Source: Candidatus Latescibacterota bacterium (GTDB lineage Bacteria; Latescibacterota; UBA2968; UBA8231). From it: a DNA stretch of 64,000 bases. The translations under genes were made by a program, and so were the position numbers. Location: the NCBI GenBank assembly GCA_965200315.1, contig OZ241362.1, positions 2,752,001 to 2,816,000 on the forward strand, in the 5' to 3' direction. Of the stretch, positions 30,322-40,328 are shown in pieces (positions within the stretch are counted from its first letter, which is position 1; the number at the start of each line of letters is the position of its first letter). The notes beneath the pieces were generated by a model that was not told the origin of the DNA, did no database searches, and worked only from the letters and a program-made list of their open reading frames with translations.

Positions 30322-31572
30322 CTACTCCACCCTTCTCAACGTCCCTCCATCCCGGACGGCCTCGTAAATCTGGGCGAACTCGCGGCTGCCGTCGTCTTCG
30401 ACCGGGAGGCATTCGGACCCGCTTTCGCAGATGGGCATGGCGTCGCGGGGGTACTCGTTGTGGAGGGCTTGCTTGGAGCAGCCATAGTAGGTGACTTCGC
30501 CGTTGGCGCGAGCGTAGCGATAGACGTGGCGAGGCGGATCGACCCAACTGTAGTCCACGCGATATTGCTCTAGGGCCTGAAGATCAATCTCGATGCCGAG
30601 GCCGGGCCGTTCTGGGACTCGGTAGTAGCCGCCGCGAAGCTCAATGGAATCGACCAACAGTTGGCTCTCCCAGATGTTCATGCAGGTAATGGCCGGCCAC
30701 TTGCTCTGGGGGCAGACCGCACCTAAGTGGGCGGCCCACGTGGTGGTGATGCCCGTGCCGACGAGCTGGAGCCAGAAGGGTTTGTTGGCCACGTCCGCGA
30801 CTGCGGATTGCTGGACGATGCCGTGGGCTCCAGCGCAGACGACAAAACCATCGGTGACATCTTCTTGCAGGGTGGTGAGAATCGGCGGCGAGCCGTAGTG
30901 CATGGCCAGAGGGCGGCGGATGTGGTTGCGGATTTGGGCGTTGCCGGCCACATCGGATTGGGGGATGGGCGTCTCAATCATGGCCACCTGCGGGTATTGC
31001 TCCAAGGCGGCTAAAAACTCGACCGCACTGGCGGCGTTGGCGAGCGTGCCGTTGAAGTCCAAGTCGAGCTTGAACTGCGGGGGAACAGCCTCAATAATGG
31101 CTTGGATGCAGGCGTGCAGGTCGTACCATGTTCGCGCCTTGAGCTTGGCGGTGGTATAGCCCTGCGCGACGGCGTCGGCGCACTGGCGCGCCCAGTCTGC
31201 GGCCGGCATGTCTATCGCCCACCACGACAGCGGGCACCAAGTGCGGACCTTGGTGCCCAACAGGCGATAAGCTGGGGCACCCAAGACCTTGCCCACTGCG
31301 TCGAAAAGCGCCTGCTGGACCCCGGCTCCCAGCACATCCTGCCACAGCAAATCGCCGACCGCACGGCCGACGATGCGGTCTTCGATGTCTTCGGGGACCT
31401 TGGCCCACGTGTAGTTGGGGATGGTCTCGCCCCAGCCAATGGTGCCATCGGCGAGGGTGATTTTGCAGAGCTGGACAATGCGCCAATGCGGCAGCCAGTA
31501 CTGCATGTGCTGATTGGTGTGGGCGGTAAACGGAACGTCCAAGTGGATGAGCTCGACGGATTGAACCTGCAT
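30322..31572 (-). CDS. Mandelate racemase/MLE family protein, paralog of 1935-3176
   Basis: Shares CP.SWWA..MP...WA, K.KAR.WYD, PIPQ.DV, PFWLQ.VGTG. Confidence 0.85.
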   Translation of the reverse strand: MQVQSVELIHLDVPFTAHTNQHMQYWLPHWRIVQLCKITLADGTIGWGETIPNYTWAKVPEDIEDRIVGRAVGDLLWQDVLGAGVQQALFDAVGKVLGAPAYRLLGTKVRTWCPLSWWAIDMPAADWARQCADAVAQGYTTAKLKARTWYDLHACIQAIIEAVPPQFKLDLDFNGTLANAASAVEFLAALEQYPQVAMIETPIPQSDVAGNAQIRNHIRRPLAMHYGSPPILTTLQEDVTDGFVVCAGAHGIVQQSAVADVANKPFWLQLVGTGITTTWAAHLGAVCPQSKWPAITCMNIWESQLLVDSIELRGGYYRVPERPGLGIEIDLQALEQYRVDYSWVDPPRHVYRYARANGEVTYYGCSKQALHNEYPRDAMPICESGSECLPVEDDGSREFAQIYEAVRDGGTLRRVE

Positions 31573-31659
31573 TAGGGGCTCCTTTTGGAAGGGGTGGGGT
31601 GGGCTAGATACGGCGGGGCAAGCCAAGTGTCAAGGCGGGGAATGCGTTATATTCGCGGC

Positions 31660-33780
31660 ATGGAAATTCGCCAATTCGCCGAGCAAGTGCTTTTCGGCAC
31701 GCGCTGGGAAGACAAGCTGGTCGTCCTCAACCGCTACGAGGACCGCGCGCCCGGTGCGGGGATTGCGACCCCCAGTGCGCCGGGCCGCCCGCCCGGTTTG
31801 GGGCTGGACGAGTGGCACCGCCGGGAAAAGCTCCGCTTCCGCGATGTGCGCCACTTCCACAGCGAAAAGGAGCGCGGGCTGGTCTTGCACTTTTTCGCCA
31901 ACCATGAGTTGCTCGCCTTGGAGCTGATGGCCCTGGCCCTGCTCAAATTTCCGCAGGCTCCAGAGAAGTTTCGCCGCGGCCTGGTGCAGACGCTCAAAGA
32001 CGAGCAAGAGCACGTGCGGCTCTACCAGCAGCGAATGCAGGAGATTGGCGTACAATTTGGCGAGATACCGGTCGGCGACTTTTTCTGGAAGGCCATCGGG
32101 CCGATGGAGACCCCGATGGATTTTGTGACGGGCTTGAGCCTGACCCTCGAACAAGCCAATCTCGACTACGCACGGCACTACGCCGAGGTCTATCGGCAGT
32201 TGGACGACCCGGAAACCGCAGCGATTCTGGAGCGGATCTACCGCGACGAAATTGGCCACGTCAAGCACGGATTGACGTGGTTTAGGCGCTGGCAGGAGGC
32301 CGGGCTGAGCGAATGGGACGCCTATCGCCGGGCGCTGCGCTTTCCGCTAGGGCCGGCGCGAGCCAAGGGCCTTGGCTTCAACCGCGTGGGTCGGCTCCAA
32401 GCGGGGCTTTCTGCGGATTATATCGACGAATTGGAGCTGTTCTCGCAGTCGCGGGGACGCTGCCCGGCCGTGTACTGGTTCAATGCCAACTGCGAGGAGC
32501 AGGTGGCCTTGGGGCGGCCGGGTCTTACGCCGCCGCAGCGGGTGGCTGAGTTGGAGGCCGACTTCCAAGCGCTGCCCATGCTGTTGTGCGTCCGCGACGA
32601 TATGGTGCTGCTGCGCGAGAAGCCTTCGCCGGCCTTTTTGCGGCGGATGCAGGGGTTGGGCTTTGCGATACCGGAATTTGTCGAGCGTAGTGCAGATGGC
32701 TTAGCGGCACTTGCCGAGCGCAAGGTCAACGCGCTCAGGCCTTGGGGTTGGAGTCCAGACAGCGCCGAGTTGCTAGCGCCGTTGGTCGAGGGTTTGCCTC
32801 GCGGTGGGGAAGGGCCTTGCTGGAGCGCGGCGATTCGGTCGCTCTACGCCAAGTCGTGGAGCGCAGCGCGGCTGGGGGAGTTTCTCGCGGCGCAGGAGAC
32901 CGACTATTTCTGCGGGACGGATGTAGTCGGCACGGCCTGCGCGACGACAGAACAATTAGTAGTGCAGATAGAGCACTTGGCGGAGGCGGGTTTTGACTCG
33001 GTGGTCGTCAAGGCCATCTACGGCTCTGCGGGCCGCGGCCAAATCCACTGCCGTGGAGGACAACTGCGCGCGGAGCAGCGCGGTCGCTTGGAGAACATCT
33101 TGCGACAGCAAGGCCAAGTCTTAGTAGAGCCGTGGCTCGACAAGGTGGTGGATCTGTCGCTGCACTTCGACGTGGGGGCCGGAGGTGCGGTGGCGGTGGT
33201 CGGCTGGACGCGGTTTTTCACCGATGGACGCGGCCAGTATCGCGGCTCGTTTGTCGGTGCGCTTACCGCTGGCCTCGACGAGGAGGTAAAGCGATTTCTC
33301 TACGGCGATGGGCGCGATGCACGCCGCTTGCCCCGCTTGGGCGAGCAACTTGCCGAATGGCTCGCTGATCCGTTGTACGCTGCTGGTTATCAGGGGCCAG
33401 TCGGCGTGGATGCCATGGTGTACCGCGACCGCGACCGGATGCGGCTAAAGCCGATTGTGGAGATCAATCCGCGCACGACGATGGGGCGAGTGGCACTCAA
33501 GTTGCAACAGGCGGTTAATTCGGCGCGCACGGCTCTGTGGCTGGTGATTAGCCGTCGCGAGGTGACGGTGGCTGGGTTTGCTGGCTTGGCCGAATGTGCC
33601 GCTGCGCTGGAGGCCGCACATCCGGCCCGGCTGATGCCCGATGGCAAGCAGTTGAGGGACGGGGTGCTTTTTACGACTGATCCGGCGCAGGCCCGTTCTT
33701 TTGCTACCGTGCTGCTGGTCGGCCAATCGCTGGCCGAGTGTGAGGGGTACTTGCGAGAAGTGGGACTGGCACTCAAGTAA
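31660..33780 (+). CDS. Ferritin-like (DUF455) domain fused to ATP-grasp-like domain
   Basis: HFFANHELLALE, DEQEH, LEQANLD, DEIGH; VVKAIYGSAGRG, VEPW, GPVGVDAMVY, VEINPR. Confidence 0.75.
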   Translation: MEIRQFAEQVLFGTRWEDKLVVLNRYEDRAPGAGIATPSAPGRPPGLGLDEWHRREKLRFRDVRHFHSEKERGLVLHFFANHELLALELMALALLKFPQAPEKFRRGLVQTLKDEQEHVRLYQQRMQEIGVQFGEIPVGDFFWKAIGPMETPMDFVTGLSLTLEQANLDYARHYAEVYRQLDDPETAAILERIYRDEIGHVKHGLTWFRRWQEAGLSEWDAYRRALRFPLGPARAKGLGFNRVGRLQAGLSADYIDELELFSQSRGRCPAVYWFNANCEEQVALGRPGLTPPQRVAELEADFQALPMLLCVRDDMVLLREKPSPAFLRRMQGLGFAIPEFVERSADGLAALAERKVNALRPWGWSPDSAELLAPLVEGLPRGGEGPCWSAAIRSLYAKSWSAARLGEFLAAQETDYFCGTDVVGTACATTEQLVVQIEHLAEAGFDSVVVKAIYGSAGRGQIHCRGGQLRAEQRGRLENILRQQGQVLVEPWLDKVVDLSLHFDVGAGGAVAVVGWTRFFTDGRGQYRGSFVGALTAGLDEEVKRFLYGDGRDARRLPRLGEQLAEWLADPLYAAGYQGPVGVDAMVYRDRDRMRLKPIVEINPRTTMGRVALKLQQAVNSARTALWLVISRREVTVAGFAGLAECAAALEAAHPARLMPDGKQLRDGVLFTTDPAQARSFATVLLVGQSLAECEGYLREVGLALK

Positions 33781-33786
33781 CTGACG

Positions 33787-34200
33787 TTACGCGGCTTCGT
33801 CTAGCAGGTGCCTAAAGGCTTCGAGGCTGGGCACCTGTATGGCCGCCCGGTGTAGCTGCTTGAGGCGCTGCCCATCGTCGATGGTCCCAATGCGAGCGAC
33901 CAACGGACCCGACTCGGCCATCCCAAAGCGAATCTCCAGCACGTCGAGCAAATCTTCAATGGCGCGTTCTCGGCCTCCTTGCTCGATGCCTTTCCCGTGA
34001 AATACTGCACTACCGACGATTCGTATATGGTCGCCTCCGCGATGATGGTCATAATCGTTTCTAACTTTTTTACACTAATCCACCGAATCACTTGGTATTG
34101 CACCAAGACGCGGTAGCCAAGCCGCTCTTGGAGATAGTGCCCCGGATCGGTGCGACCAGCGTCGGGACGCAAATTATACGGCGTATTGCTTTTTACATGA
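33787..34200 (-). pseudogene. Rpn/DUF4351-like remnant (frameshift, internal deletion)
   Basis: YNLRPDAGRTDPG...YESSVVQYF, then shifted IEQGGRERAIEDLLDVLEIRFG...LKQLHRAA...LEAFRHLL. Confidence 0.6.
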
Positions 34201-34232
34201 CTCGACAAGGAATCTGGATTGAATGGGAATCT

Positions 34233-34258
34233 GTAGGAGCAACCCTTGCGGTCGCCCT
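34233..34258 (+). repeat. GTAG-type REP-like palindrome
   Basis: GTAGGAGCAACCCTTGCGGTCGCCCT, near-identical to 40195-40220. Confidence 0.6.
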
Positions 34259-35153
34259 AATCCCGCTCGACCCAGTTGGCAACCACAATCCCCACAGCCA
34301 CCAGCCCCATGCTGGCCAGCAGATAGGGCGATATGGCCTCGTCCAAGAGCGCGGCACTCAACAGCACACCCACCACCGGCGTGGCAAAACCGAAGCCCCC
34401 CAATCGCCCTGGCGAGTGGTGTTGGAGCAGAAAGACGAGGATGATAAAACACAGCCCAGCGACGACGATGCCTTGGTAGAGCACACCGGCGACGACCGGG
34501 CCGGTTAGGACGAATTCGGCTTCGGATTCTAAAAGCACGCTCCAAGCGGCAAACAGTGGCAGGCTCAGCACGGCCTGCCAAAATAGAACTTGATACGGGT
34601 TAAGCCCCTGCACCAACCGCTTGATCACCACCTGCCGCAAGCCCAACAACAAGCCGCTAGCGGCTACCATCGCGTCACCGAGCAGGTGCTGCGTCTCGGC
34701 CAGCGCTAGCGACTCCCAAAACAGCAGCACCACGCCGGCAAACGAAATGACTAAGCCAAACCACCGACTCCAGCCCAAGCGGTCGCCGACGAGCAAGTGC
34801 GCGAAGAGCGCTGTGAAGAAGGGATAGATATTGACCACCACCCCCGAGCGGCTGGCCGTGGTGTATTGAGTGCCGGCGTTCAAAAGCCATATTTGCAGCG
34901 CGAACAGCAGCGCCAAGCCGCCCAACCCCTTCCATTCGCTGAGGGGTGTGCGCAGCCGAATACCAGCAAAAAGTGCCCCGACCCATACGGTCAGAGCACC
35001 CAGTGCAAAGCGCAAGCCAGCCATCGCCGCCGGCGGCACTCCATCGAGACCCACCTTGATCGCCACCGGATTGCCGCCCCACAGCACCGCGGTTACAATG
35101 GCTAGAGTGCCGGCCTTTAGCCCGACGGCCTCATTGCGAATTTTGGCCGCCAA
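34257..35153 (-). CDS. DMT/EamA family transporter
   Basis: About 10 hydrophobic helices, LWGGN, RF, two EamA-like halves. Confidence 0.88.
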   Translation of the reverse strand: MAAKIRNEAVGLKAGTLAIVTAVLWGGNPVAIKVGLDGVPPAAMAGLRFALGALTVWVGALFAGIRLRTPLSEWKGLGGLALLFALQIWLLNAGTQYTTASRSGVVVNIYPFFTALFAHLLVGDRLGWSRWFGLVISFAGVVLLFWESLALAETQHLLGDAMVAASGLLLGLRQVVIKRLVQGLNPYQVLFWQAVLSLPLFAAWSVLLESEAEFVLTGPVVAGVLYQGIVVAGLCFIILVFLLQHHSPGRLGGFGFATPVVGVLLSAALLDEAISPYLLASMGLVAVGIVVANWVERD

Positions 35154-35154
35154 T

Positions 35155-35796
35155 TTACTCGATAATCTCGGCCTTGACGATATAGTCTAAGTTGGGAAAA
35201 TTTTCTTCGAGATAGGCATTGCCGTTCGTGGCGATCTTCCCTTGGGAAGGCTGCTGGCCGTACTCGGCGTTGATCGCATCGACCACCTCCATGCCTTCTA
35301 CTACTTCCCCGAAGGGCGCAAAACCCATGCCGTCGAGGTTGAGGTTATCTCCCAAGTTGATAAAGAGCTGGGTCGTGCGCGTATTGGGCTGATTGGTTTT
35401 GGCAAAGGTGATCCGTCCTCGCGCATTGCTTTGCTTGACCGGGTCGTCGGAGATATGGGCCCGATGCCAGACCTGGTTCAGCGCTGGATTGCCGCTCAAA
35501 CCCCACTGCACCACAAAGTTAGATACCACGCGGAAAAAGCGCTGCCCGTCGTAGAAACCATTGCGGACCAAGTTGTAGAAGCGGTCGGCACCGATCGGGG
35601 CCCAATCGCGCGTCACTTGGATGACCACCGGGCCGGCGCTGGTCTCCAAGCGCACGGAGAATTCGTCGGGTGCCTGCTCGTTTAGGGCCTCGCCTGTAGG
35701 ATCCATTAATATCTCCTTGCTTGTTTCCCCACCTTGACCGCCGGTTCCACAGCCGAAAGCCCAAAGTGCGATGATTAGTAGTGCGCTCCGCTTCAT
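35155..35796 (-). CDS. Cyclophilin-type peptidyl-prolyl isomerase, lipoprotein
   Basis: Lipobox AFGC; RFFRVV..FVVQWG, RTTQLFINL.DN, FAPFGEVVEGM. Confidence 0.92.
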   Translation of the reverse strand: MKRSALLIIALWAFGCGTGGQGGETSKEILMDPTGEALNEQAPDEFSVRLETSAGPVVIQVTRDWAPIGADRFYNLVRNGFYDGQRFFRVVSNFVVQWGLSGNPALNQVWHRAHISDDPVKQSNARGRITFAKTNQPNTRTTQLFINLGDNLNLDGMGFAPFGEVVEGMEVVDAINAEYGQQPSQGKIATNGNAYLEENFPNLDYIVKAEIIE

Positions 35797-35823
35797 AATT
35801 TTATGCCTTTATGCTTGGTGTGT

Positions 35824-38067
35824 TTATTGATCCAGCCTGCTCACGGCTGCGACGAGTGCCTCAGTCGTGATACCGAAGTGCGCCCACGTCTCTAGATGGC
35901 CCTCTGACGGGGCGGTCGTGGGGTCGGTAATGCCGATATGCGCCGCTGGAATGCCCAAGTCGCTAGCGACGCCTGCCACCAGCCCGGCGAAACCGCGTAC
36001 GCCAGTATTGGCTGCGCCGATCAGGCCATCTTCTATAGTTACCACGCCCTTGGGATAGCGACCCACTAGTTCTTCTAAGGCAGCGGCCGGCAGCGGCAGC
36101 CCATTAATTATATGCACATCCACCGAGCCTTCGAGCTGCTCAGCCGCTTCACCGGCCAGAAAAGCCGGCGCACCAAAAGCCAAGATCGCCCGCTCGGCTC
36201 CAGAGTACGTGCGATAGGCCGTCAGCGGCTCCCAAGCGTCGCCCGGCTCCCACAGCGGCCCAGAGCCGTCTTGCTTTGCGAGGATGGGCAGGGAATCGCG
36301 CGGGATGCCGATGATGTGCCCTCCGTAGTGCGCCGCCATATCGCAGACCGCCAAAAACGCCGCCCGCGCATCGGCTGGCCCGTAGAAGCGGTGCAGATAG
36401 GGCAAATAGCTCAAGCCGACGTTGATCCACTCCAAGCCCCAACCCGAAAAGTGATCGCGCCCGGTGCAGGCTCCCACGTGCGAGACGTGGAAGGCGACGT
36501 TGAGGCCCTCGTTGACGCCGGTGAGGTTGCGCTGATAACGCCAGACGTCAAAGCCCTCGCGGGCAATGCCCTCGTAAAAGGCGGCAAACGTCGATACCAC
36601 ATTGAGCTGCGGACCCGGCCTGCTCATCGCCAATCCATCGGTGATCAAACAAGCGGCTTGCTCCTCAATGCTCATCTCGAATTGGTGATCCGCGGCCAAG
36701 AAACCGCGCGCCTTCGCCAGCTTGGTCGAGGGGTCGAGGTCGCAGCTAACGACGAAGACGTCGTCGGGGAAATGCGCGGCCACCGCTGCGTACGCAGCCT
36801 CGGACCCGGCGCGAGGGCTTTCGCTTATGCCCACTGTGGGCAAGCTAACCTTTTCCCGCGCATCTTGCGGCAGAACCAAATTGCTGCTGCCGGGAGCAGG
36901 TCTAGCTCGGGTTTCAACTTGGCGCTTCTCGCCTTGGCGCAGCGTCGCTAGGGCTTGGTCCGCAGCCGCTGTCTTTTGAAACATCGGATTGCTCAGCACT
37001 TGCGCGGCGTCGCGGCCCTTCATGTGGCCGTCGTGATGCCCTTCGCCGCCGGGGAGCTTGTTGACCAAGAAGAGGCACTCGAGCATCGGCACTACGTCTC
37101 GGTAGCTCATCAGCGAGCCGGGGACCCAGATGCGAGTGCTGAGATCGACGCCGTGCTCGGCGGCGAACGCTGCGACCTCGGAACCAATGCCCAAGCGATC
37201 GCCAAAGTCGCCGAGGAGTTCGTGCGTTCCCGTGGGATAGATCAACGTCGGTCGCCCTTGCTGCGCCAGTTTGTAGCTTTCGACATAGGTTTCGTAGAGT
37301 GCTGCATCGTCGTGCAGGGTCTCGATCTCGATAACTTCCACGCCCATCGCCGCAACGATCGGACGCGGGTCCTTGTCCATAATGCCCTCGGTCACGCCCG
37401 AAAGCTGGATGCCGTTGCGGTGCATGACGAAGGTAATCGGCGCTCCGTGGACGGCTGCGCCGTTGAAGCCGTTGAGCGCTTGACCCGAGATGTAGCCGGC
37501 GTCGCCACAGTGGCAGACGACCCAGCTACCCTCGCCGAGCTTGGCCCGCTTGCCGAGGGCTTGGCCCACGGCCACCGGGATCATCACCCCCAAGCGCCCG
37601 CCGTTGAGTTGGGTGCCACCCGGCAGCCAAGACACGTGCCCGGGAGCGTCGAGCCCGCGGCGGAAACCCTCGACGACAATCTCCTCATCGATAAAGCCCA
37701 GTGCCGCCAGTGCCGCGTAGTAGCCCACGGAGGTGTGGGCGTGTTCGATGGTGTACTCGATGCGTTCGTAGTCGGTGACAGCCAAGGTCAGCAAGAGCGG
37801 CGGAATCAGCTCTAGACCGCCGCCGAGGTGGTCCAGTTCGCCGATTTCGGCCAACGAGGCCAGCGAGCGGATTGCGATCGCGGCTGCTTCGATCTGCAAG
37901 CCTTCTAGGGCGGCGATTTGCGCTGGATGCAGTGCTTGTTGTTTGCCGATATCCACGGTGAGCGGCAAGACCTCGGAATGCACTTTCTCGCCTAGATAGC
38001 GCACTCCGCTCAACAGCTCTTTGTTGCGCTGCTGTTGGCCTACTTGCGCCGCTTCGATCCCCCGCAT
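35824..38067 (-). CDS. Divergent transketolase-like ThDP enzyme
   Basis: DHLGGGL, GH...PGG...GG.LG, GDAG...N ThDP-like motif, SIEEQ, STFAAF, HVG...G.DH. Confidence 0.7.
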   Translation of the reverse strand: MRGIEAAQVGQQQRNKELLSGVRYLGEKVHSEVLPLTVDIGKQQALHPAQIAALEGLQIEAAAIAIRSLASLAEIGELDHLGGGLELIPPLLLTLAVTDYERIEYTIEHAHTSVGYYAALAALGFIDEEIVVEGFRRGLDAPGHVSWLPGGTQLNGGRLGVMIPVAVGQALGKRAKLGEGSWVVCHCGDAGYISGQALNGFNGAAVHGAPITFVMHRNGIQLSGVTEGIMDKDPRPIVAAMGVEVIEIETLHDDAALYETYVESYKLAQQGRPTLIYPTGTHELLGDFGDRLGIGSEVAAFAAEHGVDLSTRIWVPGSLMSYRDVVPMLECLFLVNKLPGGEGHHDGHMKGRDAAQVLSNPMFQKTAAADQALATLRQGEKRQVETRARPAPGSSNLVLPQDAREKVSLPTVGISESPRAGSEAAYAAVAAHFPDDVFVVSCDLDPSTKLAKARGFLAADHQFEMSIEEQAACLITDGLAMSRPGPQLNVVSTFAAFYEGIAREGFDVWRYQRNLTGVNEGLNVAFHVSHVGACTGRDHFSGWGLEWINVGLSYLPYLHRFYGPADARAAFLAVCDMAAHYGGHIIGIPRDSLPILAKQDGSGPLWEPGDAWEPLTAYRTYSGAERAILAFGAPAFLAGEAAEQLEGSVDVHIINGLPLPAAALEELVGRYPKGVVTIEDGLIGAANTGVRGFAGLVAGVASDLGIPAAHIGITDPTTAPSEGHLETWAHFGITTEALVAAVSRLDQ

Positions 38068-38143
38068 GTAGAACTCCCTAAGTGGGTATTTTCAGTTGAG
38101 TAAAGGACAGTAAAAGTATAAACCCAGCACCTTATGCGGGCAA

Positions 38144-39154
38144 TTAACGCGGCTTGAACTGCACGGCCAATTTCTCGGCCCAAGCCTTGTTCGCGTCGAT
38201 GGTGCGCCCGGCGTTGTGCGGCGTGTGTACCACGTTGTGCCGCCCCAATAGCGGATCGTCTAAAGGCAGCGGCTCTTGGTCCCACACGTCCGCCGCTAGG
38301 CTCAGCTCATCGGCCATCACCCGGCGCCGGATTGCGTCGGTATCGCAGATTTTGGCTCTGGTTACCAGCACCACCAGACAGCCCTTGGGCAGCGCGTCAA
38401 TGTGCTCAGCCTCGACTAAGCCGCGCGTCGATTCCGTCAGCGGCACCATGGGCGCGAACACTTCGGCATCGGTGACTAGCTGCTCTAGATGGTACTCGCG
38501 GCGCGACCCGGCCCGGTGAAAGCACGGCTCCGTGGCAAACGGATCCCAAGCCGCCACCTCGGCTCCCAGCATCGCGGCGAAGCTGGCGTAGCGGCTGGCG
38601 ATATTGCCGGCTCCTACGATCCGCACGCGCTTGCCGCACAGCGTACCGCTGGCAAAGGCCGGGTCGTCGCCAAACTGGTGCCCGCGTGCGCCGGGCCGGC
38701 CTTGGCCTCCGAGCGGCTCGTAGTCCCAAGGCGCTTGGCTTTGGATGATCTCTCGGTGCAACTGCGGAATCCGCCGCAGCCCGCACAGCGTCAAGGCCAA
38801 GCCAAATTCTGCCACAGTCTGCGACCAAAACCCCTCGCTCGGATGGTCGTAAACAACGACGCCGGCCTCGGCCAGATACTCGCTACAGCCCTCGCCCAAC
38901 CGCCGGCCATAAGACCCCTGAAAGGTCGCTTCCTGCAAGGCACTGAAACTCTGTAGGCACGTCAGACTCGCTGGCACCCCCAGCGTAGCCAACCGCGTCA
39001 CTTGGCTCGACTCTTCGACCACCTCGCCCAAGAGCCGCTCGTCTCCATGCGCTAGACGCACAAAGCCCGCTTGGGGCCACAGGGTGCGAAAGTGGTCGGC
39101 GGCAAAAGGCCAAACTCCGTCAAAATCTGGATGAACGACGATCAGATCGCCCAT
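38144..39154 (-). CDS. D-isomer-specific 2-hydroxyacid dehydrogenase family protein
   Basis: VAEF, VGAGNIA, PLTESTRGLV, TRA, DVWDQEP, TPHNAG. Confidence 0.85.
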   Translation of the reverse strand: MGDLIVVHPDFDGVWPFAADHFRTLWPQAGFVRLAHGDERLLGEVVEESSQVTRLATLGVPASLTCLQSFSALQEATFQGSYGRRLGEGCSEYLAEAGVVVYDHPSEGFWSQTVAEFGLALTLCGLRRIPQLHREIIQSQAPWDYEPLGGQGRPGARGHQFGDDPAFASGTLCGKRVRIVGAGNIASRYASFAAMLGAEVAAWDPFATEPCFHRAGSRREYHLEQLVTDAEVFAPMVPLTESTRGLVEAEHIDALPKGCLVVLVTRAKICDTDAIRRRVMADELSLAADVWDQEPLPLDDPLLGRHNVVHTPHNAGRTIDANKAWAEKLAVQFKPR

Positions 39155-39155
39155 A

Positions 39156-40037
39156 TCATTCGCCCTCCTCACAAAAAAACGGCTGCGTCCAAGCAAACGC
39201 CTCTCCGGCCCCCCAACACTCAAAGCGCACGTAGCCCGCCCGCTCCGGCACTTCCACCTCAATTTCCCGTCCATCGGCCACGGCTATCCGCCTCGCTCCG
39301 GCGCGTAAGGCCACGATCCGCGCCGCATTCTCCGTCTCGATCCAGATTTTGCTGCCCTCAACTTGGACCTCGGTGATCTCAACGCCCGTCGAAGCGTAAA
39401 AGCGACCAGCGCGCAGGGCCTCCACCACGCCGCTAGCCGTTTCCTCCTCCACGTAGGCCACATTCCACCCCAAGCCCACATCGCCTCTCGCCGCGTGGCT
39501 GTCGTCGTTGGCAAACCCCCACAGGCGTCTTCCCGCGCTCAGCAGCATGTCCCAGCGATTCGTCGCGTAGGGGCTGCCCTCCAAACGGCAAATCACGCCG
39601 TTGTATATCTCCAAGCCCACAAAGCCCTCGCAAGCCTGCAAAAGCTCCTGAGGACAGTGGTTGAAATTGCCGTGCCAGTTGGGGTGGTTAAAAAGGGCAA
39701 AACCACCACCCGATTCGTTGACCTCGTCAATTACCTGCTGCCGGTCCGCATGCGGCGCGACCCACGCTGCTCCCCCTACGTGCAAAACGTGCGGGCCATT
39801 CGCTGAAATCTCATTGCCTGGCACCAAAATCATCCCTTGGGCGCCGTATGGCTCGTAGTCTTCCAAGGACGTATAGATGTCGTGATCGGTGATCGCCAAG
39901 AAGCCGTAGCCGCGGCCCGCGTAGTCGTCGATTACCGCTTGGTGATCGCGCTCGCCGTCGCTGGCGGTCGTGTGCGTGTGCAGGTTGCCGACTAGCCAGC
40001 GGCCTCCGTTCAAATTCTGATAGGGATGTTTTATCAT
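39156..40037 (-). CDS. PHP-domain (CehA/McbA-like) metallohydrolase
   Basis: NLHTHT..SDG, TDHD, NHP, NDDSH. Confidence 0.85.
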   Translation of the reverse strand: MIKHPYQNLNGGRWLVGNLHTHTTASDGERDHQAVIDDYAGRGYGFLAITDHDIYTSLEDYEPYGAQGMILVPGNEISANGPHVLHVGGAAWVAPHADRQQVIDEVNESGGGFALFNHPNWHGNFNHCPQELLQACEGFVGLEIYNGVICRLEGSPYATNRWDMLLSAGRRLWGFANDDSHAARGDVGLGWNVAYVEEETASGVVEALRAGRFYASTGVEITEVQVEGSKIWIETENAARIVALRAGARRIAVADGREIEVEVPERAGYVRFECWGAGEAFAWTQPFFCEEGE

Positions 40038-40194
40038 CGGGATTCTCCTCGTTGGGAAGCGGCCTCAAAATACGAGAGCACCCTGCGAGCGACAAGGGAG
40101 GCGGTGTTGACGCGAAAAGTACGTGGCCCTTTAATACAGACCCGTGCAGCAACAAATTTTAAGAACCCATACCCATAACTGAATGTTACGCATT

Positions 40195-40281
40195 GTAGGG
40201 GCAACCCTTGTGGTTGCCCTTTTTGAGAGCCCGCTGGCTGAATGCGCCGTGTGGTTGGCACCCACAAGGGACGCCTCGACA
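40195..40281. repeat. Inverted REP-like doublet
   Basis: GTAGGGGCAACCCTTGTGGTTGCCCT ... degenerate inverted GGCACCCACAAGGGACGCCTCGACA. Confidence 0.6.
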
Positions 40282-40328
40282 TAGATGCGTAACGTCAGAC
40301 CCATAATTAAAATCGCCACAGGAACCCG

